Translations under genes and position numbers: made by a program
Shown: piece after piece, positions 55,230-64,000 of the stretch
How positions within the stretch are numbered: the first letter of the stretch is position 1
Layout: each line of letters starts with the position of its first letter
Notes under the pieces: model-generated
What the model saw: the letters and a program-made list of their open reading frames with translations, nothing else
What the model was told of the DNA's origin: nothing
Database searches by the model: none
Source: an uncultured delta proteobacterium
GTDB taxonomy: Bacteria; Myxococcota_A; Polyangia; Fen-1088
Assembly (NCBI GenBank): GCA_963796685.1
Contig: CAWCMR010000013.1
Location: forward strand, 320,001 to 384,000
Length of the DNA: 64,000 nt
Direction of reading: 5' to 3'

Positions 55230-55532
55230 ATGCGACCTCCCGCGTCCATGCTCAGCCCACCCGTGGCTTTGGCAATTTTCTGCTTCTCCGCCCTCGCCGT
55301 CTCCCTACTGTGCCCCGATGCCCAGCTGGCGCAGGCGTGGCGGGTGGCTGCGAGGGAGGGGACCCGTCGTGCGCGGAGGTCGCGTGCCGCCTGTGCTGCA
55401 GGCGCACTCCGGAATCGTCGCTTTGTGCAATTTGCGAATTGAATCGACCGCAGCACACGACAGGGAGCAAACCCGAGCTGACAGGACCCGCCACGCCGAA
55501 GCCGGCGGGTCGCCTAATTGCACTTTCCTAGG

Positions 55533-55550
55533 CTTATCCGAACGGCATTG
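55533..55550 (-). mobile_element. IS4-type terminal inverted repeat (CAATGCCGTTCGGATAAG)
   Basis: Resembles the IS4 end TAATGCCGATCAGTTAAG (recalled); ~300 bp upstream of the transposase remnant. Confidence 0.6.
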
Positions 55551-55621
55551 CGGCTAAGCGTTGGTAATGCGCGAGAGTGTCGCTATAGTGCGGCGCGAAT
55601 CCAGCTCCGAGCGAGGCCAAC

Positions 55622-56347
55622 GTGCAAATCCAACCCGACCAAGCCAACCCAAGCCCGAACAGAATCACCACCCGTCACAGCCGTCGAAAGGGACCCTTGC
55701 TGGCCCTGCACATCCTGCTGACCACGGCGATTGCGGCACAGACGCTCGGGCCGGCGAACCAGGCACAGGCGGCTGGCAAGAAGCGAGTGGACAAGCGCGA
55801 GGTCGAGGCGCGACAGGCCTTCGCGGCCGGGCAGTATCAGCAGGCGCTCGACCTCTATGCGCAGCTCTACGCGGACAAGGTTCACCCGACGTATTTGCGC
55901 AACATCGGACGGTGCTATCAGAACCTGCAAGAGCCCGACAAGGCCATCAACGCCTTTCGCGACTACCTTCGGCAGGCCAAGGATCTGTCGTCCGCTGAAA
56001 AGAGCGAGATCGATGGCTACATGGTCGAGATGGAAACCTTGAAGAAGCAGCAGGAGGAGGTCGCACAGGCCAGCGCTGCCAAGGCCGCCGCTGCGCAACA
56101 GCCGACTCCGCTTCCGGTCAACCCGACGGTCGCTCCGATCGCTTCCAACCCGTCGACGACGAGCCCGTTGCAGCTAACCAACCCTGCGCCTGAGCCCCTG
56201 GCGCAACCGACGCCCTTTTACAAGAAGGGATGGTTCTGGGGCGTGGTGGGGGTCGCCGTCGTGGGCGGCGTCGTGGGGGGCCTGTACGCGGCCGGTACCT
56301 TCTCCAAGTCCTCCATCGGCTGCTCGGCCCCGGCCGGCTGCTATTGA
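55622..56347 (+). CDS. Secreted TPR protein with C-terminal TM segment (myxobacterial type)
   Basis: ARQAFAAGQYQQAL...NIGRCY...AINAFRDYL; Pro-rich linker; PFYKKGWFWGVVG; ends GCSAPAGCY. Start uncertain. Confidence 0.8.
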   Translation: MQIQPDQANPSPNRITTRHSRRKGPLLALHILLTTAIAAQTLGPANQAQAAGKKRVDKREVEARQAFAAGQYQQALDLYAQLYADKVHPTYLRNIGRCYQNLQEPDKAINAFRDYLRQAKDLSSAEKSEIDGYMVEMETLKKQQEEVAQASAAKAAAAQQPTPLPVNPTVAPIASNPSTTSPLQLTNPAPEPLAQPTPFYKKGWFWGVVGVAVVGGVVGGLYAAGTFSKSSIGCSAPAGCY

Positions 56348-56370
56348 CCCGAAAGGACAGGTCCTTCGCC

Positions 56371-58319
56371 ATGCAACACTTCAGCTTCGCAAAGAGCGCG
56401 CTTCTTCTGGGAATCCTCGCGGCCGCCTGCTCCTCGAAGGATGAGCGCGCGCTGGTCGTGGTCGACGTGCAGGCTGGCCGCTGGCGTGACCGCTCCCGAC
56501 TCGGTCCACCTGAGCGCAACGAGCGGAGGCGCCGAGGTCAAGGCCGCCGACGTGCCCTGGAGCAAGGCCACCAACGGCGTGCTGGAGGTCGGACTGTTCA
56601 TCCCCAGCGGGGTGGCGGGACCGGTAACTATCACGGCGAAGGGGATGGTCGGCGGTGTGGCGGTGCTCGATGGATTGCTCCCTCAGCCGGTTTCGCTGTC
56701 AGCGGGCGGGAGCGTTGGTCCCTTCTCGCTCGTGCTCAACGCGATTGCCGTGCTGCCAGCGGGCATCGATGGCGGCATCGATGGTGGCGCTTCCGACAGT
56801 ACCCCGGATACCGGCACTCTCGATGCCGTGGCGCCGGATGCAGGTCGCGAGATCGGTCCCGATGCGTCGATTTCGGAAACAGGTTCGGCGGATCTCGGCA
56901 TTCCGCCGGATCAGACGGATGCGGGAAGCCCCGATGTGCCGCCGGCACTGGACCTAATGAATGATGCGCCTCCTATCCTGCCCGACGGTCCCCAAATCCT
57001 GACCGACGGTGGGGATGCTGACGACGCTGGCCACGTTCCCGGGTGGGAGCCCGCGCAGAACATCGAAAGCGACATCATCCATGCCTCGTACTATCCCTCC
57101 GTGGCCGTGGATCCCGTGAACGAGCACGTCTACGTGGCCTGGGAGGAGAGCACGGCCATCAAGGTCAGGCGTTGGAACAGGGGCACTGGCGCATGGGAGA
57201 AGACCATCGTGGTCGAAAGTCGCGGCGGTCCGCAGAGCCCGACCCTTGGCGCAGATGCCAAGGGAAATGTTCTGTTGTTGTGGGGCCAAAGCTCCAGCAG
57301 CGATGCGACCCTGGTAGGGCTTTGGGCATCCCGGACCACGGACGGGCTTGCCTGGAGCTCGCCGGTTCGCATCACCACCGACTACACCTGGAACATCCAG
57401 ACTGGCGGTGGCTCGGAACGGAACAGCCCGCGCGGCCTATTCGAAACAACCTGCCGATGGCACGTGGCCGCTCTATTCGGCGTATTACGACGGAACGTCC
57501 TGGACGGAAAACCCCACCATGGTGGCCTCGAATACCAACTACATGGAACAGGAGCCACGCCTCGTCGTCGATGCCTCGGGCAACGGCATCCTGGTCTTCT
57601 ACAAGGGCGACGACAACGGATACACAGGCGTCGCCGCAACCGTCCTCACCGGCCAAACCTTCACCACGCCCACCATCATGGACCCCAACTACGTGTCCGC
57701 CCAACCCGACAGTCGGGCCATCGCGATGAACCGAAAAGGCGAGGGCGTGCTCGTGTGGTCCGAGGCCAGCGGCTCTACCGTCGGCCTGTCCGCCAGGACC
57801 TACAGCCCGACCGTGGGTTGGAGTGCCGTCGCGCCTCCGATCCTGTCCTCCGACACCATCGGCGCGCTGGCCGTGGCCATGGACGAGCAAGACAATGTCA
57901 CGATCCTCTTGCAGCAGCAGATTGCTTCCGGCGGCATGAACGTCATGGGAATTCACGGCACGGTGACGGGGACATGGAGCGACGTCACGCTGCTCGAAAC
58001 GGACAACGTTGCGGGCTATCTGATCGACGAATACGCCATGCCGCAGCTGGCGATCGATGGGAGCGGAAATGTCCTCGCGGTCTGGCGCAAGGATCTGAGC
58101 ACCTCGACCACGACGACCTACGGTGCCTACGCCAGTCGCTTTGCCGGTGGAAGCTGGCTGCCCCAGTTCCAACTGGGACAGAAGACGGGTCTCGATGTCC
58201 CGCTCGTGGGCTTGTCGGTCGCGGACTCAGGCTTTGGCGCCGCCACTTTCTACTTCCGCTCGGACAACACGACCACGGATCCGGACGCCTACAACACGAT
58301 GGTGGCGTTCTACCGCTAG
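56371..58319 (+). CDS. Lipoprotein with acidic DGG/DA linker and beta-propeller-like C-terminal domain (two +1 frameshifts, ~56472 and ~57400; ~648 aa if repaired)
   Basis: MQHFSFAKSALLLGILAAAC; repeated PxVAVDxxGNxxxVW units continue across the three frames. Confidence 0.72.
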
Positions 58320-60512
58320 CTCGCCCAGGCAAGTTCCTGCAGATACGACCGTCCCTGGTTCGGCCGAGGCGGTCCAATGGTAGTCGGTCTCGAAAGACGG
58401 GCCATCGAGAAGGAACCCCCTCAAGATCCACGCAAGGAGCGCGCCGGCAAGGACAGTCCCCACGGCGACGGGCAGAAGGCGGCGGCGCAGCACCCACAGC
58501 ACCCAGCCCGCCACGGTCATGAAGGCAAGAGCAACACCGACGACGAAGGCCCATGAAAGGAAGGTGAAGTCGATCTGGTGCGTGCCGTGGGAGACGAAGA
58601 TGGCTGGAAAGAGGGCGTTGGCTTTGACCACGGGGACCCTGGTGCCGTCGACCTTGCAGGTGAATCCGGGCAGCCAGGGCAAACCAAGGACGAAGTATCC
58701 GTCCGCATCGCTGGCCACGCGAAAGACGAAACGGTTCGAGGTGTTGTAGACGAGATCGACCCGGTCATGATTCGCGGCGATGTCCCGGACGAACGGCTCG
58801 ACCGGGCGGTCGATGAACAGCGGGAGGTCGGCTCCGCGCTCGTGCAATCGGCGAAGCACCTCGGCTTCGGACTGCCCGCGCTCGACACGGTGGCGAATCA
58901 CGCCGAGCGCTTGACGCGGCTTGAGCCCGCGACGGAGGTACGCCGTGATGGATCCCATTTCCATGCCGGAGCCAGGGTCGGCCTGGGTGGCGACCGACGT
59001 CTTGTGGGCCGCCGCGATGTGCGCGAACGACGGGGTTGGGTGCTTGGGCTCGATCCAGGTTCCAAAACGCAGGCAAAGCCATGTGGTTGCCAGCATGGTC
59101 GTCGCCGAGAGCGCAAGGAGTGTGCGAAAGAGTCGCCGATGCACGGCCGCCCAGCCAAGAAGGATGGCAGTGGTCGCCAAGAGAATGAGCACGAGCAGGT
59201 CGAGAAAGGAGGGCAGGCCGTGCGCAGCAATGTTGTGCGGGGAGTACATCTCTTGCGCGGGTAGCCAGTCCTTCATCCAAAGTCCGTTGGACGTGCACAG
59301 GAGGACGCCCACAGCACAGGTGGCAGACAAAGCGGCGCGATTGGATTCGCGCAACAGCCAGGCCCAGATCGGAAAAGAGAACAACGGAATCCACAGCGTG
59401 AGACGTCCGGGAACTCGAAAGGCGCCGAAGAAGGGCAGTGCTCTCACGAGCAAGGGGTGAATCCACACGCTCTCTCCCACTGCGAAAAGGAAGGCCAGCA
59501 ATCCTATGCCGTACGCGATCCACAGAGCTTTCGGAGGTCGCCTCACCAGGGCAGCCAGCGGAAAGAGTGCCGCCAAGGCGAAGAGCACGCATCCCCCGAA
59601 TGCACCGTGCACGTCCGCGTGAAAGGGCAGCAGGAAGTTGCTCAGCTCGCCGAGGAGCGAGTCGGCATTTTGCAGTGTCCAGGTGTAGTGGTTCGCGAGG
59701 CGGCTTTGGTTGGTCTTGAAGTACTCGACATAGAACGTGAGAAGGTAGGGCGAGGCTACCAGCAGGCCGGTGGCGAATCCGAGGGTCAACCTCTGTGCGT
59801 AGTGGACAAGCAACACGCGCGAGGGCGCTGCGATGTCCGAATCCAAGGCCCGCGCGAGCCAGGGAAAGAGCAGCGCGAAGAGCCCGACGCCGAGCAGTCC
59901 GAAGAACGACCACTGCGGGTGACCGCTCACGGCGAGCAGGTACGTGCAAGCGCCGAGCAGGACGACGGGGCGTTTGCAATCGCGATCGAGAAACACGAAT
60001 CCCGCGGCCGAGGCAGTCAGAACCATGCCCACGTAGGCATCCACGGATGCCCCGTAGCGGAAGCTGTCCAGCATGCGGAGGTTGTAGACCACCGGAAATG
60101 TCGGCAGAAACGACGACAGCGGCGGGATACGCAGGCGACGACAAAGTCTGTAGAGCACGCCATGGGCAAGCCCCAGCGAGAGCAGGCGAAAGAAGGTGTT
60201 CCATTCCAGAGCCAGTCCGTCCCCGTATCGCGGCATGAGGCTCGAAATCCACGATAGTGGATGGTAAAGCTGCCCCAGCGTCATGGCTGCGGTCGAGTGG
60301 CCCCCGGCGAAGCCGGGCATGTAGAGCGGAAAGGTCCCTCTCCACACCGCCCACATGAGCTCGACCTGCTGGCCAGGACCGAAGATGGAATAGTCGTTCC
60401 CGAGCGTGACGTCGGCGACGAAGGGCAGCAGCCAGGCGAACATAACGAACGGGACGGCCAGAAACAGAAGCCAGATTGACCGGCCGATTATCCGCGAGTC
60501 CCGATGGTCCAC
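58227..60512 (-). CDS. YfhO-like multi-pass membrane protein (GT-C-type glycosyltransferase)
   Basis: FPLYMPGFAGG...LYHP, SGHPQ, FRVPGR, PGFTCKVDG...KANALFPAIFVSHGTHQIDF; GTG start at 60512. Confidence 0.75.
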   Translation of the reverse strand: MDHRDSRIIGRSIWLLFLAVPFVMFAWLLPFVADVTLGNDYSIFGPGQQVELMWAVWRGTFPLYMPGFAGGHSTAAMTLGQLYHPLSWISSLMPRYGDGLALEWNTFFRLLSLGLAHGVLYRLCRRLRIPPLSSFLPTFPVVYNLRMLDSFRYGASVDAYVGMVLTASAAGFVFLDRDCKRPVVLLGACTYLLAVSGHPQWSFFGLLGVGLFALLFPWLARALDSDIAAPSRVLLVHYAQRLTLGFATGLLVASPYLLTFYVEYFKTNQSRLANHYTWTLQNADSLLGELSNFLLPFHADVHGAFGGCVLFALAALFPLAALVRRPPKALWIAYGIGLLAFLFAVGESVWIHPLLVRALPFFGAFRVPGRLTLWIPLFSFPIWAWLLRESNRAALSATCAVGVLLCTSNGLWMKDWLPAQEMYSPHNIAAHGLPSFLDLLVLILLATTAILLGWAAVHRRLFRTLLALSATTMLATTWLCLRFGTWIEPKHPTPSFAHIAAAHKTSVATQADPGSGMEMGSITAYLRRGLKPRQALGVIRHRVERGQSEAEVLRRLHERGADLPLFIDRPVEPFVRDIAANHDRVDLVYNTSNRFVFRVASDADGYFVLGLPWLPGFTCKVDGTRVPVVKANALFPAIFVSHGTHQIDFTFLSWAFVVGVALAFMTVAGWVLWVLRRRLLPVAVGTVLAGALLAWILRGFLLDGPSFETDYHWTASAEPGTVVSAGTCLGELAVERHHRVVGVRIRGRVVRAEVESGGAKA

Positions 60513-60636
60513 CGATTCACTTCGCCCCCGATGCCTGGGGAGCGACGGGATTGTAGGGGGCGCCCGGCATGGGAAGCCAGCGAATTCACCCAGGGCCGAG
60601 CAACGGCGAAATGGGGCGGACGACCGGTCTTCTCCA

Positions 60637-60652
60637 TGGCATGAATCGGGCA
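60637..60652 (+). promoter_or_regulatory. Candidate sigma54 promoter TGGCATGAATCGGGCA
   Basis: GG 60638-60639, N10, GC 60650-60651; followed by AAGGAG SD and ATG 60679. Confidence 0.5.
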
Positions 60653-60678
60653 CCCATCCCGGAGCAAGGAGCAACCTC

Positions 60679-61671
60679 ATGACCCATCCTCGCAAGACGA
60701 CCAAACTGGGACAGACCGGACCGGAGACTTTTCCCCTGGGCCTCGGGTGCATGGGCATGTCGGGCGTGTACGGCCCCGTGGATGAGGCAGAATCCATCGC
60801 CACCATCCGGGCCGCGGTGGACGCTGGCATCACCTTGATCGACACGGGCGACTTCTATGGCATGGGCCACAACGAAATGTTGGTCGGCCGAGCCATCGCC
60901 GGGCAGCGCGACCGCGTTCTGCTGTCGGTCAAGTTCGGCGCGCTGCGCGGTCCGGACGGCGCCTGGCTGGGCATCGACACCCGGCCGGTCGCCGTGAAGA
61001 CCTTCGTTGCTTACAGCTTGAAACGCCTTGGCGTCGAGGTCATCGACATCTACCGCCCCTCGCGCCTGGATCCGACTGTGCCCATCGAGGACACCGTCGG
61101 CGCCGTGGCGGATCTGGTGAAGGCGGGCTACGTGCGGCACATAGGGCTCTCCGAAGTGGGGGCCGAGATCGTAGCGCGCGCCCAGCGTGTGCACCCCATC
61201 GTGGATCTGCAGATCGAATACTCCCTGGCCAGCCGTGGCCCCGAGCGGAGCATCTTCCCCGCCCTTGCGCGACTTGGCATCGGCGCCACGCTCTACGGGA
61301 TCTTCTCGCGTGGTCTTCTCACCGGCAGCAAACCCAAGGGCAAGGGAGACTTTCGCGCCTACTTGCCACGCTTCGCCGCCGGCACCAGCGGGCAGAACGA
61401 CGCCGTGGTCGCGTCCTTGCAGCGCTTTGCCGCCGACCGGGACATGAGCCCTGGGCAGCTCGCCATCGCCTGGGCGCTCGCGCGCCAGCCGGGATTCGTG
61501 CCGATTGTCGGCGTCAAGACACGCACCCAGCTCGCCGACGCCCTCGGCGCCTTGGACAAGTCCCTGTCGGCAGAGGACATCGCGACGCTGGAAGCCCTGG
61601 CTCCCGAAAGTGCCATCGCCGGAACCCGCTATGGCGCCGAGCAGATGGCGCATTTGGATAGTGAAAAGTAG
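60679..61671 (+). CDS. Aldo/keto reductase
   Basis: LGLGCMGMS, DTGDFYG, SLKRLG, IGLSE, QIEYSL. Confidence 0.95.
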   Translation: MTHPRKTTKLGQTGPETFPLGLGCMGMSGVYGPVDEAESIATIRAAVDAGITLIDTGDFYGMGHNEMLVGRAIAGQRDRVLLSVKFGALRGPDGAWLGIDTRPVAVKTFVAYSLKRLGVEVIDIYRPSRLDPTVPIEDTVGAVADLVKAGYVRHIGLSEVGAEIVARAQRVHPIVDLQIEYSLASRGPERSIFPALARLGIGATLYGIFSRGLLTGSKPKGKGDFRAYLPRFAAGTSGQNDAVVASLQRFAADRDMSPGQLAIAWALARQPGFVPIVGVKTRTQLADALGALDKSLSAEDIATLEALAPESAIAGTRYGAEQMAHLDSEK

Positions 61672-61684
61672 ATCGAGCGCCGAG

Positions 61685-62671
61685 CTATCCGACTTTCACC
61701 ACCGCGGCCCCCTGCAGCGAGCCTGCACGCAGATCCCGGAGAGCGTCGTTGGTACGTTCGAGAGCGTAAACCGTGGTTTGCGCGCGAATGGAGATGCCGC
61801 GGGCCATGCCCAAGAATTCCTCGCCATCCTTGCGCGTGAGATTGGCGACCGAGCGCAGGACCCGCTCGCCCCAGAGAAGCACGTAGGGAAAGCTCGGGAT
61901 GTCGCTCATATGGATGCCGGCGCAGACTACGGTTCCGCCTTTGCGGACGGCTGCGAGCGCGCGTGGCACCAGTTCCCCGACCGGCGCGAAGATGAGGGCA
62001 GCGTCGAGCGCGACGGGAGGCAAGTCTTCGGCCCCGCCGGTCCAGGTGGCTCCGAGTTGGCGAGCGAAATCCTGACTGGCCTGATCGCCCGCGCGCGTGA
62101 AGGCGTACACTTCGCGCCCCTGCTGGCGCACGATCTGAGTCAGCAGGTGGGCCGCGGCCCCGAATCCGTAGAATCCCAGTCGCCGGGCTTTGCCGGTCAT
62201 GCGTAGGGCGCGGTATCCGATGAGTCCGGCGCACAGCCACGGTGCCACCGCGGTCGCCTCCTCGTTCTCGGGGATGAGCAGGCAAAATCGCGCATCGGCC
62301 ACGCAGTGCTCGGCGAAGCCTCCGTCGAGCTGGTAGCCGGTGTAGAGCGCCCGATCGCAGAGATTTTCCTGCTCGCTCCGGCAGAATTCACATTCGCCGC
62401 AGGCGCCGCCCAGCCAGGGGACGCCCAGCCGCTGTCCGAGTCGGAGCCCTTCGACGTTCGTGCCCAGGCCATCGACCACTCCGACGATCTGATGTCCGGG
62501 CACGAGCGGCAGCTTCGGGCTTTTCAAATCGCCATCCACCACGTGCAGGTCCGTCCGGCAAAGCCCACATGCCTCCACGCGCAATCGCACCTGCATAGGC
62601 CCGGGATGCGGGGCTGGGATCTCCACCAGCTCGAGCGGCTGTCCCTGCTTCTCGAGAATCATGGCGCGCAT
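61685..62671 (-). CDS. Zinc-binding alcohol dehydrogenase family protein
   Basis: CGLCRTDLH, PGHQIVG, CGECEFC...ENLC, CAGLIGYRAL, YGFGAAAH. Confidence 0.95.
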   Translation of the reverse strand: MRAMILEKQGQPLELVEIPAPHPGPMQVRLRVEACGLCRTDLHVVDGDLKSPKLPLVPGHQIVGVVDGLGTNVEGLRLGQRLGVPWLGGACGECEFCRSEQENLCDRALYTGYQLDGGFAEHCVADARFCLLIPENEEATAVAPWLCAGLIGYRALRMTGKARRLGFYGFGAAAHLLTQIVRQQGREVYAFTRAGDQASQDFARQLGATWTGGAEDLPPVALDAALIFAPVGELVPRALAAVRKGGTVVCAGIHMSDIPSFPYVLLWGERVLRSVANLTRKDGEEFLGMARGISIRAQTTVYALERTNDALRDLRAGSLQGAAVVKVG

Positions 62672-62706
62672 GACCCCATCAGCCTACCGCGGACCCTGAC
62701 CAACGA

Positions 62707-63177
62707 CTACTCTTTGGCCTCCACCCCTGCCAGCGCCCCGCCGCGGGCTTGCAGGATGAACGTCACCGGACCGTCGTTGACCAACTCGACCTTCATGTCG
62801 GCAGCAAAACGCCCGGTGGCGATATCAACGCCCTCGGCCAGAATGCGCTCGGCCATGCGCAGGTAGAGCTTCTGGGCCAAAGCCGGGTTTTCCGCATGGT
62901 CGAAGCTCGGCCGGTTCCCCTTGCGGGTCGAGCCGGCAAGGGTGAATTGGCTGACGATCAAGCACGCGCCATGAACGTCCTTGATGGACAGATCCATAGG
63001 GGTGCGACCAGGAAAGATGCGCAGGGCGCACAGCTTACGCGAAAGCACGTCCACGTCCGCTTCGCGGTCGCCGCGCTCGACACCCACCAGAACCGTCAGG
63101 CCGATGCCGATCTTGCCCACGACCTCGCTCTCGACGCGAACCTCGGCGCGCGACACGCGCTGAACCACGACGATCAT
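62707..63177 (-). CDS. dtd: D-aminoacyl-tRNA deacylase
   Basis: [25 protein letters not shown]. Confidence 0.97.
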   Translation of the reverse strand: MIVVVQRVSRAEVRVESEVVGKIGIGLTVLVGVERGDREADVDVLSRKLCALRIFPGRTPMDLSIKDVHGACLIVSQFTLAGSTRKGNRPSFDHAENPALAQKLYLRMAERILAEGVDIATGRFAADMKVELVNDGPVTFILQARGGALAGVEAKE

Positions 63178-63207
63178 CGGTCGAGCCCCGACCTGGCACT
63201 CATCTCG

Positions 63208-63281
63208 TGACCCCGGCCTGATTCGAACAGGCGACCTACGGTTTAGGAAACCGTCGCTCTATCCACCTGAGCTACGGGGCC
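63208..63281 (-). tRNA. tRNA-Arg(CCT)
   Basis: Minus strand reads GGCCCCG TAGCTCAGGTGGATAGAGC G ACGGT-TTCCTAA-ACCGT ... GTTCGAATC ... CGGGGTC A. Confidence 0.96.
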
Positions 63282-63295
63282 AAATGGTTTGGGTT

Positions 63296-64000
63296 CTAAC
63301 TACTTAGGGCTACTTTTTCTTCTGCGTTATCTTGCTGCGTGGTGGCCATAGTGTGCCCATTTGGGCCGGCAACGTCGCGAAGAGATACCACGTTCCCCTT
63401 GGGAGTGGAAAGGTCCGCTGGCATGACTTCGTAGTCGGTTTGCCGGAAGAGATCCGCCCGAAGGTGGCTGTATCGCTCGGTGGTGGTGATGCTGGCGTGG
63501 CCCATGATCTTGGATAGCTTCTCAACGCTGCCACCGCCAAGAACAAACTGCGACGCGAACGTGTGTCGGGTGCATTGATACCAGGTCATGGGAGACAGCC
63601 CGCACTTCTTCAGGGCCGCGCGTAGGTGCTTGGCCAGGGTCTGGGGCCTGGTGTACTCCGCGGGCGTCTCTGGCGTGCCACCACGTAGGGGATGGACGGG
63701 CGGAAAGAGTAGGCCCGTGCCGCCCGTGGCGAGCTTCCATTGTGTCAGGACGGGCACCAGGGGGGTCAGCATGGGAACCGCGCGGGAATCGGTATCCTTC
63801 AGCGGCCCGATCCTGCCTCGGTTGACCTGTTGCCGGATGTGAAGGCGCCGGTTCTCGATGTCGCAGTCTCGCCAGTTCAACCCCAGCACCTCGCCCGTGC
63901 GAAGTCCCGCGAACGCGCCGACGGCGAAGGCTACGTTGACAGGCGAGGGCAGCAGCCGGAAGACGCGCTCGATGTCGCTCATCTTCTCGATGAACGCCGT
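63296..64000 (-). CDS. Tyrosine recombinase / phage integrase (5' part outside the window)
   Basis: GLRTGE (R), GPLK (K), [10 protein letters not shown] (R), MGHAS (H), TERY (Y); adjacent to a tRNA. Confidence 0.92.
   Translation of the reverse strand, partial: TAFIEKMSDIERVFRLLPSPVNVAFAVGAFAGLRTGEVLGLNWRDCDIENRRLHIRQQVNRGRIGPLKDTDSRAVPMLTPLVPVLTQWKLATGGTGLLFPPVHPLRGGTPETPAEYTRPQTLAKHLRAALKKCGLSPMTWYQCTRHTFASQFVLGGGSVEKLSKIMGHASITTTERYSHLRADLFRQTDYEVMPADLSTPKGNVVSLRDVAGPNGHTMATTQQDNAEEKVALSS

Noticed and set aside
55230-55442. Small hydrophobic ORF between the IS4 remnant and its IR
   Set aside because: No SD or motifs; lies in degraded IS context.

Overview
High-GC bacterial chromosome segment, very probably Myxococcota (Polyangia-like). 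This is inferred from a TIGR04563-type small protein, a GltB/GltA-like beta-barrel pair, a Tgl-like TPR lipoprotein, an AUC-start IF3, a kinase-fused sigma54 activator and Cys/DGG-rich lipoproteins. Most of the window is core genome: ftsY, smc, ferredoxin, cmk-rpsA, queE-tgl-HTH-recO-glyQS-ppdK, argS-SPOR, tamB-tamA/bamA, comF, tRNA-Val, thrS-infC-rpmI-rplT-pheS-pheT-ihfA-merR-tRNA-Pro-surE-nlpD-apt, dtd and tRNA-Arg. Ten single-base frameshifts in eight genes look like long-read assembly errors rather than pseudogenes. Accessory signals: (1) a ~78-bp two-hairpin repeat in two intergenic sites, whose second hairpin keeps its structure but not its sequence; (2) an inverted-repeat-flanked remnant of a GxxExxY gene next to a CCACGR microsatellite, between cmk and rpsA; (3) an IS4 remnant; (4) a tyrosine integrase abutting the 5' end of an intact tRNA-Arg, at the edge of an integrated element; (5) a 1676-aa kinase-AAA-TPR-GAF-sigma54 activator followed by a candidate sigma54 promoter; (6) uncharacterised lipoprotein pairs; (7) many SD-less genes that start 6-11 nt after a -10 box. 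All family assignments come from motif recognition by eye; no searches were run.
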